Notes: generated from the letters alone by a model not told the origin. 64,000 bases of DNA from Methanomicrobiales archaeon (GCA_012511245.1 JAAZGM010000134.1:2305-66304); one strand, 5' to 3'. Shown: positions 1 through 9,829, counted from the stretch's first letter. Made by a program: numbers and translations.

Positions 1-608
1 TTTTTGCGGTTAAAACTCCCGACAAACCTGACCGGATTTGAGAGAGCGAGTTCGGTCGCGATGTCGTTCTGGACGGCGGGGATGGCGGTCGCGGTCAGGG
101 CGATGATGGGAACCGTGGGAAACCGCTCTTTGAGCAGACGGAGACGGCGATACTCGGGACGGAAGTTATGTCCCCACATAGATATGCAGTGCGCCTCGTC
201 GACGGCGATGAGCCGGACGTTTGCTTTTTTGATGAGCGCGAGGAAGGATGACTGCACCGCCCGCTCAGGGGAGACGTAGAGGATCCTGATGCGGCCTTCG
301 AGGATCACCCGCTCGATGATCTTCTGCTCCCCGTAGCCGAGCGAACTGTTGATCGTTGCGGCCGCAACACCGTTTGCGCGGAGGCTGTCAACCTGGTCCT
401 TCATCAGGGCGATGAGCGGGGAGACGACGACCGTAAGACCGCCCAGGACGAGCGCCGGGAGCTGGTAGCAGAGGGATTTGCCGCCCCCGGTCGCCATGAC
501 GGCGAGGACGTCGCGCCCGGCAAGGACGGCGTCGACGATCTCCTCCTGGTGGGGACGAAACGCAGTATAGCCGAAGTACCTCTCAAGAACAGTGTATTTT
601 GTGTCCAT
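1..608 (-). CDS. recQ: ATP-dependent DNA helicase RecQ (5' part; runs off window start)
   Basis: Manual translation from ATG at 608: MDTKYTVLERYFGYTAFRPHQEEIVDAVLAGRDVLAVMATGGGKSLCYQLPA...VSPLIALMKDQV...YVSPER...AVDEAHCISMWGHNFRPEY...ALTATA. Absent from ORF track because no stop lies inside the window. Confidence 0.95.
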   Translation of the reverse strand, partial: MDTKYTVLERYFGYTAFRPHQEEIVDAVLAGRDVLAVMATGGGKSLCYQLPALVLGGLTVVVSPLIALMKDQVDSLRANGVAAATINSSLGYGEQKIIERVILEGRIRILYVSPERAVQSSFLALIKKANVRLIAVDEAHCISMWGHNFRPEYRRLRLLKERFPTVPIIALTATAIPAVQNDIATELALSNPVRFVGSFNRK

Positions 609-746
609 TGCACCACGATGTCTGATCTGCTGATACAGTTGGGCGGGAACCGGGAAAGGTTTGTTGTCCCGGTTGGTGGCAGAGAGATCTCCCGCACCTC
701 CCCTCCGTATCGAAGCGCATATCCGCGGGAGACGCAAGTACTTGAG

Positions 747-929
747 ATGATGAAGAACGTCGATATGGTGGTCGAGAAGAACATCCTCACCATACGGGTA
801 GATCTCGAAAAAGAGTTTGGAGCATCTAAGAGCGGGAAGTCGATAACAATCGCATCCACCGAGGGGAACGTCTCGGTGCCGGGGCACGAGGGGATCAAGA
901 TCGGGCTGAACATCTACCGGGCGAAGTGA
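747..929 (+). CDS. small conserved hypothetical protein (60 aa, LTIRVDL..FG.SKSGKSITIAST.GN)
   Basis: C-terminal part of ORF 549..929; protein-like sequence begins at MMKNV (747); the upstream part overlaps recQ. Confidence 0.7.
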   Translation: MMKNVDMVVEKNILTIRVDLEKEFGASKSGKSITIASTEGNVSVPGHEGIKIGLNIYRAK

Positions 930-937
930 GCGGCCGG

Positions 938-1618
938 TCACGACCGGGCGGCGGCACACCGGATCTCCCCGTCAACCTCCCGGATCGGGCAACAGTCGCA
1001 AAGCGGGGATTTTTTGCAGATGGCGCTTCCCAGGCGCACGATCTGGGCATGGTAGTCGTTGAAGAGCCCCACGTCCGGGCTGAGGTTCTCAGTAAAGAGG
1101 CGTTGCGTCTGATCATAGGATGTTTCTTCGGGGAGGAGGCCGTAGCGTGAAAATATCCGCCGGGTGTAGGCGTCGACGACGAAGACCGGTTTCTCACAGG
1201 CATACAGCAGGATAGAGTCCACCGTCTCCTTCCCGAGCCCCCGGACGGAGAGGAGACGCTCGCGAAGAGTGCCGGTCTCTACCGCCGCCATCGTTGCCGG
1301 GTCGCCGCCGAACTCTGCGACGTAAACTCCTGAAAACTCCCTGATCCGCTCAGCCTTCAGGTTGTAGAACCGGGAGGGAACGATCAGGCGGGCAACCTCG
1401 GTGGTGTCGGCAGCGGCGAGGAGGTGGGGATCGAGCATCCCGGCATCTTCGAGGTTCCGGATGGCCTGTGCCGCGTTCGTCCAGGAGACATTCTGGGTGA
1501 GGATCGCGCCGATCATCGTCTCAAACGGTGTCTCTGCAGGCCACCAGCGCTGGTGGCCGAACGCTGCAAAGAGGGCATCATAGATCCGGATAAGTTCGTC
1601 GGTGAGGCATGCTGCCAT
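938..1618 (-). CDS. endonuclease III-like HhH-GPD DNA glycosylase with [4Fe-4S] motif
   Basis: WWPAETPFE, GAILTQN, HhH LLSVRGLGKETVD, VVDAY, C-x6-C-x2-CP; ATG at 1618 overlaps the nadE stop. Confidence 0.85.
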   Translation of the reverse strand: MAACLTDELIRIYDALFAAFGHQRWWPAETPFETMIGAILTQNVSWTNAAQAIRNLEDAGMLDPHLLAAADTTEVARLIVPSRFYNLKAERIREFSGVYVAEFGGDPATMAAVETGTLRERLLSVRGLGKETVDSILLYACEKPVFVVDAYTRRIFSRYGLLPEETSYDQTQRLFTENLSPDVGLFNDYHAQIVRLGSAICKKSPLCDCCPIREVDGEIRCAAARS

Positions 1619-3210
1619 CAATGCCACCAGGGTTTTGCGGCGATCGGCATATGCCAGTCGGTGCCGAACGCTCTCTCGCTCACCCGTATCCCCGGTGGAG
1701 CCTGCCTGCGCTTGAACTCGGCTCGTTCGACCATCTTCACGATCCTGCGGACGGTCTCGTCCGGGTACCCGGCGGCGATGATCTCATCCGGCGATTCAAG
1801 ACAGTCGATATGGCGGTGGAGGATCGCATCGAGGAGATCGTAGGGAGGGAGGACCTCCTGATCGGTCTGGCCGGGCCGAAGTTCTGCGGAGGGCGGTTTT
1901 TCGAGCACCCGGCCGGGGATGACGTGCTCCTTCATGTTCAGCCACCGGGCAACCCGGTAGACCGTCCCCTTCGGGAGATCGGCGATAACAGCCAGCCCCC
2001 CCGCTGCATCCCCATACAGCGTGGAGTAGCCGACCGCAGTCTCCGATCTGTTCCCCGTGGAGAGGAGCATGGAGCCGAATTTGTTCGATATGGCCATCAG
2101 GATCACTGCCCGGATCCTGGCCTGCAGGTTCTCTTCGGCAATGCCGCGGGAAAGCCCGGTGAAGATCTCCGCAAGGGCGCAATCAAACGCCTCCATCATC
2201 GGGGTTATCGGGATACTGCACGTCCTGATCCCGAGGTTCTCTGCAAGTTCCTGCGCATCCTCAACGCTTTCTGTGGAGGTGTAGGGGGAGGGAAGGAGCA
2301 CCCCGAGGACGTTCTCCGGCCCGAGCGCCCGGGCGGCTATGGCGGCCACTAGCGACGAGTCTATCCCGCCGGAGAGGCCGAGGTGGACGGACGTAAATCC
2401 ACATTTATGGATGTAGTCACGGGTGCCGAGGACCAGCGCCTGCCAGATCTCCGCTTCGGGTGCAGGGTCATCGGGAACGGCTGCCTGCGGAATAGGAGAG
2501 GCGAGATTGACCGTTACGATATCCCCAGCAAAGGCCGTTCCACGGCCGATGAGAGTCCCATCGGCAGAAAACGCAACGCTCCGGCCATCGAAGACCAGAT
2601 CATCGTTTCCACCGACGAGGTTTGCTGATACGACTGCAACCCGGTTCTCCCTTGCAAGCCGGGAGAGCGCCTCTTCGCGCAGACGTTGTTTCCCTGCAGC
2701 GAACGGGGATGCTGCGAGGTTCACGATCACATCCGGTGCCGGGTGACCGCACAGGACTTCCTCACCGATAGAGACCCCGACAGTCTTCTTGCCGATCAGG
2801 AAGGGTTCGGGTTCTTCAGCTGCCGGTTTGAAGTAGCGCCCCTCATCGAGCGGGCCGAAGGAGAGTCTGGTCTTCTGAAAAGTTCGCTCCACCACCCCGT
2901 TCCTGAGGAGGGCGGCGGCATTGAAGAGTGGGCGGGTGGTTCCGGCGGATTTTGGTTCGGCGAAACCGACGAGAACCGGTGGTGCGCCGGCGAGTCTTGC
3001 GGCAAGGTCGTCGAGGACGGCAATGCTTCTGGTTATGAATCCAGCCTGCAGGAGCAGGTCCCGGGGAGGGCAGCCGGTCAGGGAGAGTTCCGGGGCAACG
3101 ATCAGATCCGGCCGGTAACGTGACGCCTCATATGTGCCTGCCACAATCCTGTCGGCGTTGCCGGCAAGGTCGCCGACGACCGTGTTCACCTGGAGGAGCG
3201 AGATCTTCAT
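1618..3210 (-). CDS. nadE: NAD+ synthetase with N-terminal nitrilase-like domain
   Basis: GLSGGIDS, ENLQARIR, YSTLYGD, PPSAEL, LPPY..LD, EFKRRQAP. Confidence 0.92.
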   Translation of the reverse strand: MKISLLQVNTVVGDLAGNADRIVAGTYEASRYRPDLIVAPELSLTGCPPRDLLLQAGFITRSIAVLDDLAARLAGAPPVLVGFAEPKSAGTTRPLFNAAALLRNGVVERTFQKTRLSFGPLDEGRYFKPAAEEPEPFLIGKKTVGVSIGEEVLCGHPAPDVIVNLAASPFAAGKQRLREEALSRLARENRVAVVSANLVGGNDDLVFDGRSVAFSADGTLIGRGTAFAGDIVTVNLASPIPQAAVPDDPAPEAEIWQALVLGTRDYIHKCGFTSVHLGLSGGIDSSLVAAIAARALGPENVLGVLLPSPYTSTESVEDAQELAENLGIRTCSIPITPMMEAFDCALAEIFTGLSRGIAEENLQARIRAVILMAISNKFGSMLLSTGNRSETAVGYSTLYGDAAGGLAVIADLPKGTVYRVARWLNMKEHVIPGRVLEKPPSAELRPGQTDQEVLPPYDLLDAILHRHIDCLESPDEIIAAGYPDETVRRIVKMVERAEFKRRQAPPGIRVSERAFGTDWHMPIAAKPWWH

Positions 3211-3460
3211 GGCTATTCCCCGATCATCCTGATCAGTAATGGCGGAACGGATAGCATATGCCTTTGCATGTCTGTATCTTCGTGAGGTGAAGGGTTCTGG
3301 GAGCCCGGTTGCCTGCGCCCACCGATCACATCCCTTTTAAGGGCCAAAAGTCAATGCGCCTTGTAGAGACTATGCAACGAGCATGCCGCAGAGCGGTATC
3401 CCCGGTCTGGCTATTCGGAGAGCTGACCGCACTCCGTAACCGTATCCGGAGGCGAGCATC

Positions 3461-4798
3461 CTGATCACCGGCCGCCCCCGGTCTGAATGGAAGAATACCC
3501 GGCTTCTCCTGCTTGCAGCCTCAATTCTTGCTGCTTTTGCCGCAAACGCCGCCGGGCTCTTCGCTGGTATCACCATCGTCCTCCCGCATCTCCTGTACCT
3601 GCCGATCATCCTTGCCGCCTACTGGTTCCCCCGTCGTGGTATCCCCATAGCGATCGCCCTTGCCCTCGGATACCTGGCACTGGGTCTGCCCTTCACCGGA
3701 GGAGAGACCGGAGCGATCGTCTCGGTACTTGCGCGTGCCGGGGTCTTTGCCGCCATCGGCATCGTGGTATCGCTTCTTTCTCTTCGGTTGCGGGAGCAGG
3801 AAGAACGATATCGTGGGATATTCGACAACTCAGAGGCAGGGACGTTCGTCGTTGCCCCGGGAGAGTCCGGGCCGTACATCGAGGAGGCAAATTACGTGGG
3901 TGCCGCGCTCCTTGGGCTTGCGGCGAAGAGCCTGGTCGGGAAAGAGATCACCGGGTTCTTCGATGACTCCGGCGCCTGGGAGGCGTTAAAGACGGAGATC
4001 GACCGGAACGGCACTGTCTACGAATATGAGACGACGCTCCTCCGGATCGATGGAACAGCCGTTCAGGTGCTCATATCGGCCGGCCGGCTCCCCGGTGAAC
4101 GGATCGTTCTCACACTCGTCGATATCACCGCCCGGAAGAGCGCCGAGGGTGCACTCCGCCGGACAAACGCCAAACTGAATATGCTTGGAAACCTCACCCG
4201 GAACGATCTCTCTGTGGCGGTATCAGGGCTTCTTGAGCGGATCGCTGCAGGGATGAAAGAGTTCGACGATCCGGCCGTCCGCCTGCACCTGGAGGCCATA
4301 TCAGAGGATGCCCGGATTGTGCAACGGCGCGCGGAGATCACCCGCGACTACCAGGATCTCGGCCTCCGGTCGCCGGGCTGGCAGCCGGTTCAGAGGGTGA
4401 TCCTGGAAACAACGTCGTGTCTGTTGCTCCCGGGTATATCCGTCCGTTCCTGGGTTGAACGGCTCGAGGTCTTCGCTGACCCGATGCTCGACCGGGTCTT
4501 CTCGAACCTGATCGAGAACGCTGTCCGGCATGGGGGGACCGTGTCCTCGGTCGTCATCACCTACCAGATCCTCGGCGATGGCCTCACGATCTCCGTCGAA
4601 GATGACGGCAAGGGGATCCCTGAGGCGGAAAAGGAGCGGATCTTTGATTACGGTATCGGAACCGAGGGTGGGCTCGGGCTCTTCCTCGTCCGGGAGATCC
4701 TGACCATCACGGATATGACGATCCGGGAGATTGGAACGCCCGGCAAAGGAGCGCGGTTTGAGATATATGTACCCCCGGGCGGGTATCGGATAGTCTGA
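3461..4798 (+). CDS. membrane PAS/HATPase sensor histidine kinase-like protein (probable CTG start, degenerate H-box)
   Basis: ORF 3764..4798 extends in frame upstream through TM helices (HLLYLPIILAAYWFPRRG) to a stop at 3437; PAS domain; NLIENAVRHG, DDGKGI, GLGL boxes. Confidence 0.85.
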   Translation: MITGRPRSEWKNTRLLLLAASILAAFAANAAGLFAGITIVLPHLLYLPIILAAYWFPRRGIPIAIALALGYLALGLPFTGGETGAIVSVLARAGVFAAIGIVVSLLSLRLREQEERYRGIFDNSEAGTFVVAPGESGPYIEEANYVGAALLGLAAKSLVGKEITGFFDDSGAWEALKTEIDRNGTVYEYETTLLRIDGTAVQVLISAGRLPGERIVLTLVDITARKSAEGALRRTNAKLNMLGNLTRNDLSVAVSGLLERIAAGMKEFDDPAVRLHLEAISEDARIVQRRAEITRDYQDLGLRSPGWQPVQRVILETTSCLLLPGISVRSWVERLEVFADPMLDRVFSNLIENAVRHGGTVSSVVITYQILGDGLTISVEDDGKGIPEAEKERIFDYGIGTEGGLGLFLVREILTITDMTIREIGTPGKGARFEIYVPPGGYRIV

Positions 4799-4807
4799 GG
4801 CAGAAGT

Positions 4808-6040
4808 ATGTTTGCAAAGGTGCTTATTCCAACAGACCTCTCCAGAGCCTCATTCATTGCGGCAGAGCGGATCGGCGAGATCCCGGGCGTCCGTGAGGTC
4901 ATCCTCATCCACGTCAGGGGATCGGCTGCCTCTTCGCCTTCTGATGAGGGTACACTCCAGCAGATACGGGAAGTTGTGCAGAGGCAGGGGTTCCCCGTCG
5001 AGGTGGTGGTTGCGGAGGACGATGGGACCGGTGTCCCGGCGCTGATTCTCAGGGCAGCCGCAGATGTGGGGGCAAACCTGATCGCGATGGGGATCAGGGA
5101 TCAGGGGCTCCTCCGGAACCTCTTCTCCGGCAACGTCGCGGCCGCCGTGCTCCGGGATGCCCGGGTTCACGTTCTGATCATGCCCCAGTCAGCAGGGGCC
5201 GGGACACCGCTCTTCTCCCGGCTGCTGGTGCCGACCGATCTCTCCGATCCGGCACCTGAGGTCCGGTCGCTCCTTGGGGATGCAGCCGGAGGCGGGACGG
5301 CGGCGTTCCTGCATGTCGTCGAACCCGGACGTTCTGGAACTGAGCAGGAGATCGCCGATCGGCTCGCCGCCCTGAAGAGCGTGTTTGCGGCCGCCGGGCG
5401 GGAGCCCGAACCGCTGGTGCGGACAGGAGACCCCGCGCGCACCATCTGTGCTGTGGCAAACGAGATGGGCGCATCCCTGGTCGCTATCCCGCGTATAGGA
5501 AGGCGTGACGCCGCAGGCCCCGCTCCACTCGGGAGCGTCACGAGCGCTGTTGCAGGGTGTGTGCGCCAGCCGGTTCTGGTGCTGGCAGTCTCGATCCACC
5601 TGGAGATCGAGACCCGGGAACTCCGGAGCGATGAGTTCGGGCTCGCAGAAGAGATATGGGTCGATTACCATGAGTTGAAGGCTGACCTCGCGACCGACCG
5701 GATATTCGGGGTCTTTGTGAACGGTGAACTGGTCTCCATCGCCAGGTGCCGCCGTCACCCTGACGGCTATGAGGTCGATGGCGTCTTCACCCCGGCCAGG
5801 TTCCGGGGCAGGGGATACGCCCGGCGGTCGATGGATGCACTCGTCGAGGCATGCCAGCACGACACCCTCTACATGCACTCTGTCAGGAACCTCGTCGACT
5901 TCTATGGGAAGTACGGTTTCATATCGATACCGGAGAGCGACCTCCCGCCGACGATCCGTGCAAGGTTTGCGTTTGCCCTCGGTGAGATGGAAGGGGCGAA
6001 CGTCCAGCCGATGCGCCGGATTGCAGGAAGGTTCCGGTGA
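4808..6040 (+). CDS. tandem universal stress protein domains fused to a C-terminal GNAT acetyltransferase
   Basis: Two Usp starts (KVLIPTDLS, RLLVPTDLS), LGSVT; GNAT motif A VFTPARFRGRGYA, FYGKYGF. Confidence 0.85.
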   Translation: MFAKVLIPTDLSRASFIAAERIGEIPGVREVILIHVRGSAASSPSDEGTLQQIREVVQRQGFPVEVVVAEDDGTGVPALILRAAADVGANLIAMGIRDQGLLRNLFSGNVAAAVLRDARVHVLIMPQSAGAGTPLFSRLLVPTDLSDPAPEVRSLLGDAAGGGTAAFLHVVEPGRSGTEQEIADRLAALKSVFAAAGREPEPLVRTGDPARTICAVANEMGASLVAIPRIGRRDAAGPAPLGSVTSAVAGCVRQPVLVLAVSIHLEIETRELRSDEFGLAEEIWVDYHELKADLATDRIFGVFVNGELVSIARCRRHPDGYEVDGVFTPARFRGRGYARRSMDALVEACQHDTLYMHSVRNLVDFYGKYGFISIPESDLPPTIRARFAFALGEMEGANVQPMRRIAGRFR

Positions 6041-6057
6041 TAGAGGTTCGTCCCCTC

Positions 6058-6228
6058 TCAATCGTCGTAAAAATCCAGGGAGTCTGTATCGTCTTCGGTC
6101 TCGTCGGTATACGGGAGATCGATGACGACCGATCCATCCTCGAGGACATCACCGATCTCGACGCATATCCCTGCAGGAAACTCCCGTTCTTCTGTTCTCC
6201 CGTCTGAATGTTTGATGTATGCCCACAT
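6058..6228 (-). CDS. small acidic hypothetical protein (56 aa)
   Basis: ORF 6058..6249; GGAGGGG RBS precedes the ATG at 6228 (MWAYIK); D/E-rich tail. Confidence 0.55.
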   Translation of the reverse strand: MWAYIKHSDGRTEEREFPAGICVEIGDVLEDGSVVIDLPYTDETEDDTDSLDFYDD

Positions 6229-6482
6229 ACTGTACCCCTCCAGATCCATTCTTTCAAGACTCCTGATACAATCCTGGAGATGTGCTCCATTCCAGTATCA
6301 GATGGCGGTTTTATATAGGTTTTACGCTCAAAAATGCCGAATTGTACCTCATTTCTTCAGATTTCGGGGACAACATACATGGTAGCGCATCCCCAAGCGG
6401 CGTTCTGGAGGGATACGTTCTCCCATCTCCTTCCTGTGGCAATGGGCAACCATATATCGTGATGGTACCCAAGGATGCATCC

Positions 6483-6980
6483 ATGCGCATCGGGATCCTC
6501 TCTGACACACACGACTGCCTTGAGATGGTGGACGCGGCTGTAAAACAACTCAATGAAGAGCGGGTAGATCTGGTGCTCCATGCCGGCGATTATATCTCGC
6601 CGTTCGTCATCCCGCGCCTCTCAAACCTGCAGGCACCCATGATCGGAGTCCTCGGAAACAACGACGGCGATCCCCATCTTCTCTCGGTGCGGTTCGCCGA
6701 GCACGCTCACCTCAGCCTGCGGGGTCTGTTCACCACCGTCACAGCGGGCGGGATGGCGATAGGGCTGCTCCACGGTGATGACCGTGAACTCCTGCAGGCG
6801 CTCATCGTCCGAAAGGCCTTTGATGTCGTGGTCCACGGCCATACCCATCAGGCGCAGGTCCGGACGCTCTGCGGGACGCTGGTCGTCAACCCCGGGGAGG
6901 CCTGCGGTTACCTGACCGGGCGGCCAAGCATCGCCGTGCTGGATACCGGGAGCCGGAACGTGGAGTTGCTCTCACTCTGA
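6483..6980 (+). CDS. YfcE/MJ0936-family metallophosphoesterase
   Basis: SDTHD, HAGD, GNND, HGHTH, NPG motifs. Confidence 0.9.
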   Translation: MRIGILSDTHDCLEMVDAAVKQLNEERVDLVLHAGDYISPFVIPRLSNLQAPMIGVLGNNDGDPHLLSVRFAEHAHLSLRGLFTTVTAGGMAIGLLHGDDRELLQALIVRKAFDVVVHGHTHQAQVRTLCGTLVVNPGEACGYLTGRPSIAVLDTGSRNVELLSL

Positions 6981-7005
6981 TCCGGGAAAAAAGTGGTCTC
7001 CGGGT

Positions 7006-8283
7006 TTACAGCGCATCTTCATCGCCGACTCGTTCATCAAGTCTCCAGACCGGGGTGCCGGCATACCCGAGATCCGCCCTGAGCGTTGCCCCGGCGACCT
7101 CGAACGTATCCGGGACGTCGAAGTAGAGGTAGCCTTTCAGCGACTCGTACCGCTCAAGCTGCTTTCCATTGAATGACTCCCCGAGCGTGGTGAAGGGCGG
7201 AACATCCAGGGGCGTGAACATAGCCTCCCCATACTCGAGGGTGAACGCGCTTCTTGCCGGTGTCTCGATGACGTAGAGGTCCGAGTCGCCCTTGTGTCCG
7301 AGGTTGGTTGACTTGACAGCGACGAGAAGGAACACGCGCCCTTCACCGGCCTCGATGGTCGGTGTCGATCTGGTGCCGGGGACTTCCTGGTACGCTTTTG
7401 CGGTTCGGGTGAACTCGACGAGTATCGAGGCCATATTCTCACCAGCCGGATCATCATATGCATGGCGTTCAAGGAGGCGGAGCGCCTCCCCGGATGGCGG
7501 GACTACGATGGGGCCTGTTCCAGCCAGGATGCCGGTTGCCCGGGCTGCGAGAGGGGTGTTGGTCGTCGTGGCTGTACGGAGACTCCCAGATTGTATCTCG
7601 CCCGCCTCGCGGCTGACTGCCTCAAGGTTCTCCGATGCCGCTGCCATATCGCTGAAAGCCGCTGGAACAGCATCTTCTCCGGCATCGGCCGGGCTGAGGA
7701 GTTTCGAGCTTGCTCTGGAGTATGCTTCAAGCGACCTGACAAACTCATCTTTGAAGGGTTGCCGTTCCGGGGAGACGCGGAGCGGCTGCACCTCGTTGAG
7801 CAGCCTGACGGAGAACGCATACAGGTCATCCGCTGCTATGGCGGCGGCGTCTTCATCCTGCAGATAGAGGGCATGGGCATGCTCCATCGAGAGACGCATC
7901 AGGCGGATGCTGGCGGTATCGACCAATCCTGCCAGTCGCTCGTCGTCGTAGGACTCGGTCACAGCCGGGAGGGCGGTTTCTGTCTCGTTCTCAGGCGATG
8001 TGAGGGTTATACTGGTGGTGTTCTCCTCGCTGAGGTCTGCTGCATCATCCTGAAGGATAGATACTACGTCGGAGGTGCCGTTGACCGGAAGTACAGGGTC
8101 ACCGGATGGCTCCGGGCTGCTCCTCGCTACCGGAAGTTCTTTGAGCGCGAGCGGCAGCAGTTCTCCTGACTCCAGGGATGCGAGCCCCTGGCCGGAACCG
8201 GCAGCGGCCGGTGCGGTGAGAAGGAGCCCCGCACAAACGGTGATCCCAAGGAGAACCAGAGCGTTCTGGTGGTACTTGCTCAT
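7006..8283 (-). CDS. secreted/surface hypothetical protein with C-terminal DUF4352-like domain
   Basis: N-terminal signal peptide, acidic composition, FLLVAVK..N.G and GYLYFDVP motifs. Confidence 0.65.
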   Translation of the reverse strand: MSKYHQNALVLLGITVCAGLLLTAPAAAGSGQGLASLESGELLPLALKELPVARSSPEPSGDPVLPVNGTSDVVSILQDDAADLSEENTTSITLTSPENETETALPAVTESYDDERLAGLVDTASIRLMRLSMEHAHALYLQDEDAAAIAADDLYAFSVRLLNEVQPLRVSPERQPFKDEFVRSLEAYSRASSKLLSPADAGEDAVPAAFSDMAAASENLEAVSREAGEIQSGSLRTATTTNTPLAARATGILAGTGPIVVPPSGEALRLLERHAYDDPAGENMASILVEFTRTAKAYQEVPGTRSTPTIEAGEGRVFLLVAVKSTNLGHKGDSDLYVIETPARSAFTLEYGEAMFTPLDVPPFTTLGESFNGKQLERYESLKGYLYFDVPDTFEVAGATLRADLGYAGTPVWRLDERVGDEDAL

Positions 8284-8597
8284 GTGCATTTTTCTTTCAA
8301 TTAATAAATATAAATATTATTATATTTTCTTTTGAAAAAAAGGGCTTTCCTACGAAACTGTTTGCGATACCGGGCCTTCAGCAGCATCCACAAGCCCGGA
8401 TACCAGAAGGATAAAGATCTGCTAAACCTGCCCTTACTGCGATATAGCCTCACGAAGGCGGGGGCACAATCCCGGTTGCGGGAGAGGAACCTCCGGGCTC
8501 GTCGGGTGCCAGGGCAATCATCTGGAAGATAAATCCAGCGCTCGCCTGTGGAAACTTATATGAACTCTCGTGGATTACCGGCATAAGAGGGCACCCA

Positions 8598-9074
8598 ATG
8601 GAGATCGTGAAGATACCGAATATGAGCAAAGCAGAGTACGATGCACTCATCGAAGAGGGATTTCTCAGCCGTATCGCATTCCAGGGCAGTAAATACCCGT
8701 ATATCGCGCCGTTCCTCTACGTCTTCGACGGAAAATTCCTCTACTTCCTGGCAACCAAATATGGACGGAAGACCGACCTCTTCCGGCAGCACCCGTATGT
8801 CTCAGTTGAGATCGAGAAGTACTCCGGCGATCTCTCCTGCTACACCTTTGTGACGATGCAGGGGTATCTGGTGCAGCTTGAGGATGCTATCGAGAAGAAA
8901 CTCATCAGGGAGAAGTTTGTGAATATGATCAAGGCGCACAACCTCTCAAAAAATATTTTTGCGGCGCTCGGGCACGATCCGGAAGACCCGATCGAGGCGA
9001 TCGCCTCTGAAGAGCGTTCAAATATATGGAAACTTACCGGTGTGACCGATATCGTTGCCCTAAAAAACCTCTAG
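8598..9074 (+). CDS. pyridoxamine 5'-phosphate oxidase-like FMN-binding protein
   Basis: RIAF..PYIAP..Y..LYF..GRK...PYVSVEI split-barrel pattern. Confidence 0.8.
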   Translation: MEIVKIPNMSKAEYDALIEEGFLSRIAFQGSKYPYIAPFLYVFDGKFLYFLATKYGRKTDLFRQHPYVSVEIEKYSGDLSCYTFVTMQGYLVQLEDAIEKKLIREKFVNMIKAHNLSKNIFAALGHDPEDPIEAIASEERSNIWKLTGVTDIVALKNL

Positions 9075-9191
9075 CCTCGTTGATGGAACCCGTGCGGGTG
9101 CCCGGAAGATTGGATCTCTACCGGCCGGAAGAAGGGGAGGACGGTTGCGGCTCCCCTGCGCGGCCCGCCTCCATCAGACCATTGCCATGAG

Positions 9192-9713
9192 TCACGTGAG
9201 CAGCGGTTCAAGCATCGCTCCGGCGGTATCGAGAAGCCCGGCGAGCCCCTCTGGTGTTGCCGTCCCTTTCTCCATCCAGCGGATGATCCCGCGCCCGTCC
9301 AGGAGATAGATGTACGCAAGCGACGGATCGCTGATCGCATACGCTCGGCGGCACCGTTCGATATCATCCGGCACGATCAGCACCTGGTCGTGCTTCGCCG
9401 GAGGAGTGCCGCCCGCAAGCCCCTGCCGGATGCGGTCGGCAAGGGACTTTCCTATGAGGCTGTCGCCGACGACCACAACAAGGTAGGTCGTCACCCGGGG
9501 ATTCTCGGTGAACGCCCCGGAGAACGGGTTGCTCAATGACTCCACCATCGGCCCTGCAGACTCAAGAAGGACGAGGACGATGAGCGAGGCGGTGTCTCCG
9601 GCATCGTCCGGAAGGGTGACGACCCTGCCGGTGAGGGATGTTGCCATGAGGGTGGGAAAGGTTCTGCTGAGGGCTGCCGGCACCGGTTCGGTGGTTCCTG
9701 CAGTTCTGTTCAT
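9192..9713 (-). CDS. thioredoxin-like fold protein (ATP10-like), no redox Cys
   Basis: FP.L...SL.G..V.LP start and YIYLLD.RG.IRW...G.AT end. Confidence 0.55.
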   Translation of the reverse strand: MNRTAGTTEPVPAALSRTFPTLMATSLTGRVVTLPDDAGDTASLIVLVLLESAGPMVESLSNPFSGAFTENPRVTTYLVVVVGDSLIGKSLADRIRQGLAGGTPPAKHDQVLIVPDDIERCRRAYAISDPSLAYIYLLDGRGIIRWMEKGTATPEGLAGLLDTAGAMLEPLLT

Positions 9714-9829
9714 GGGCTGCAGGTAAGGGCATCCCCGGGATAAAATCTCTTCTCCGGAATGGTACGGCCCCGGGGCGGGGGGCGCTTCATCAAACACTAT
9801 AACTATCGGGCGCAACAGTTCATCAAGAA

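Noticed and set aside
3487-3966. 159-aa ATG ORF suggesting a frameshifted kinase N-terminus
   Set aside because: The TM domain is already in frame with the kinase from 3461; this ORF is an out-of-frame artefact. A frameshift just after ATG 3487 cannot be fully excluded.
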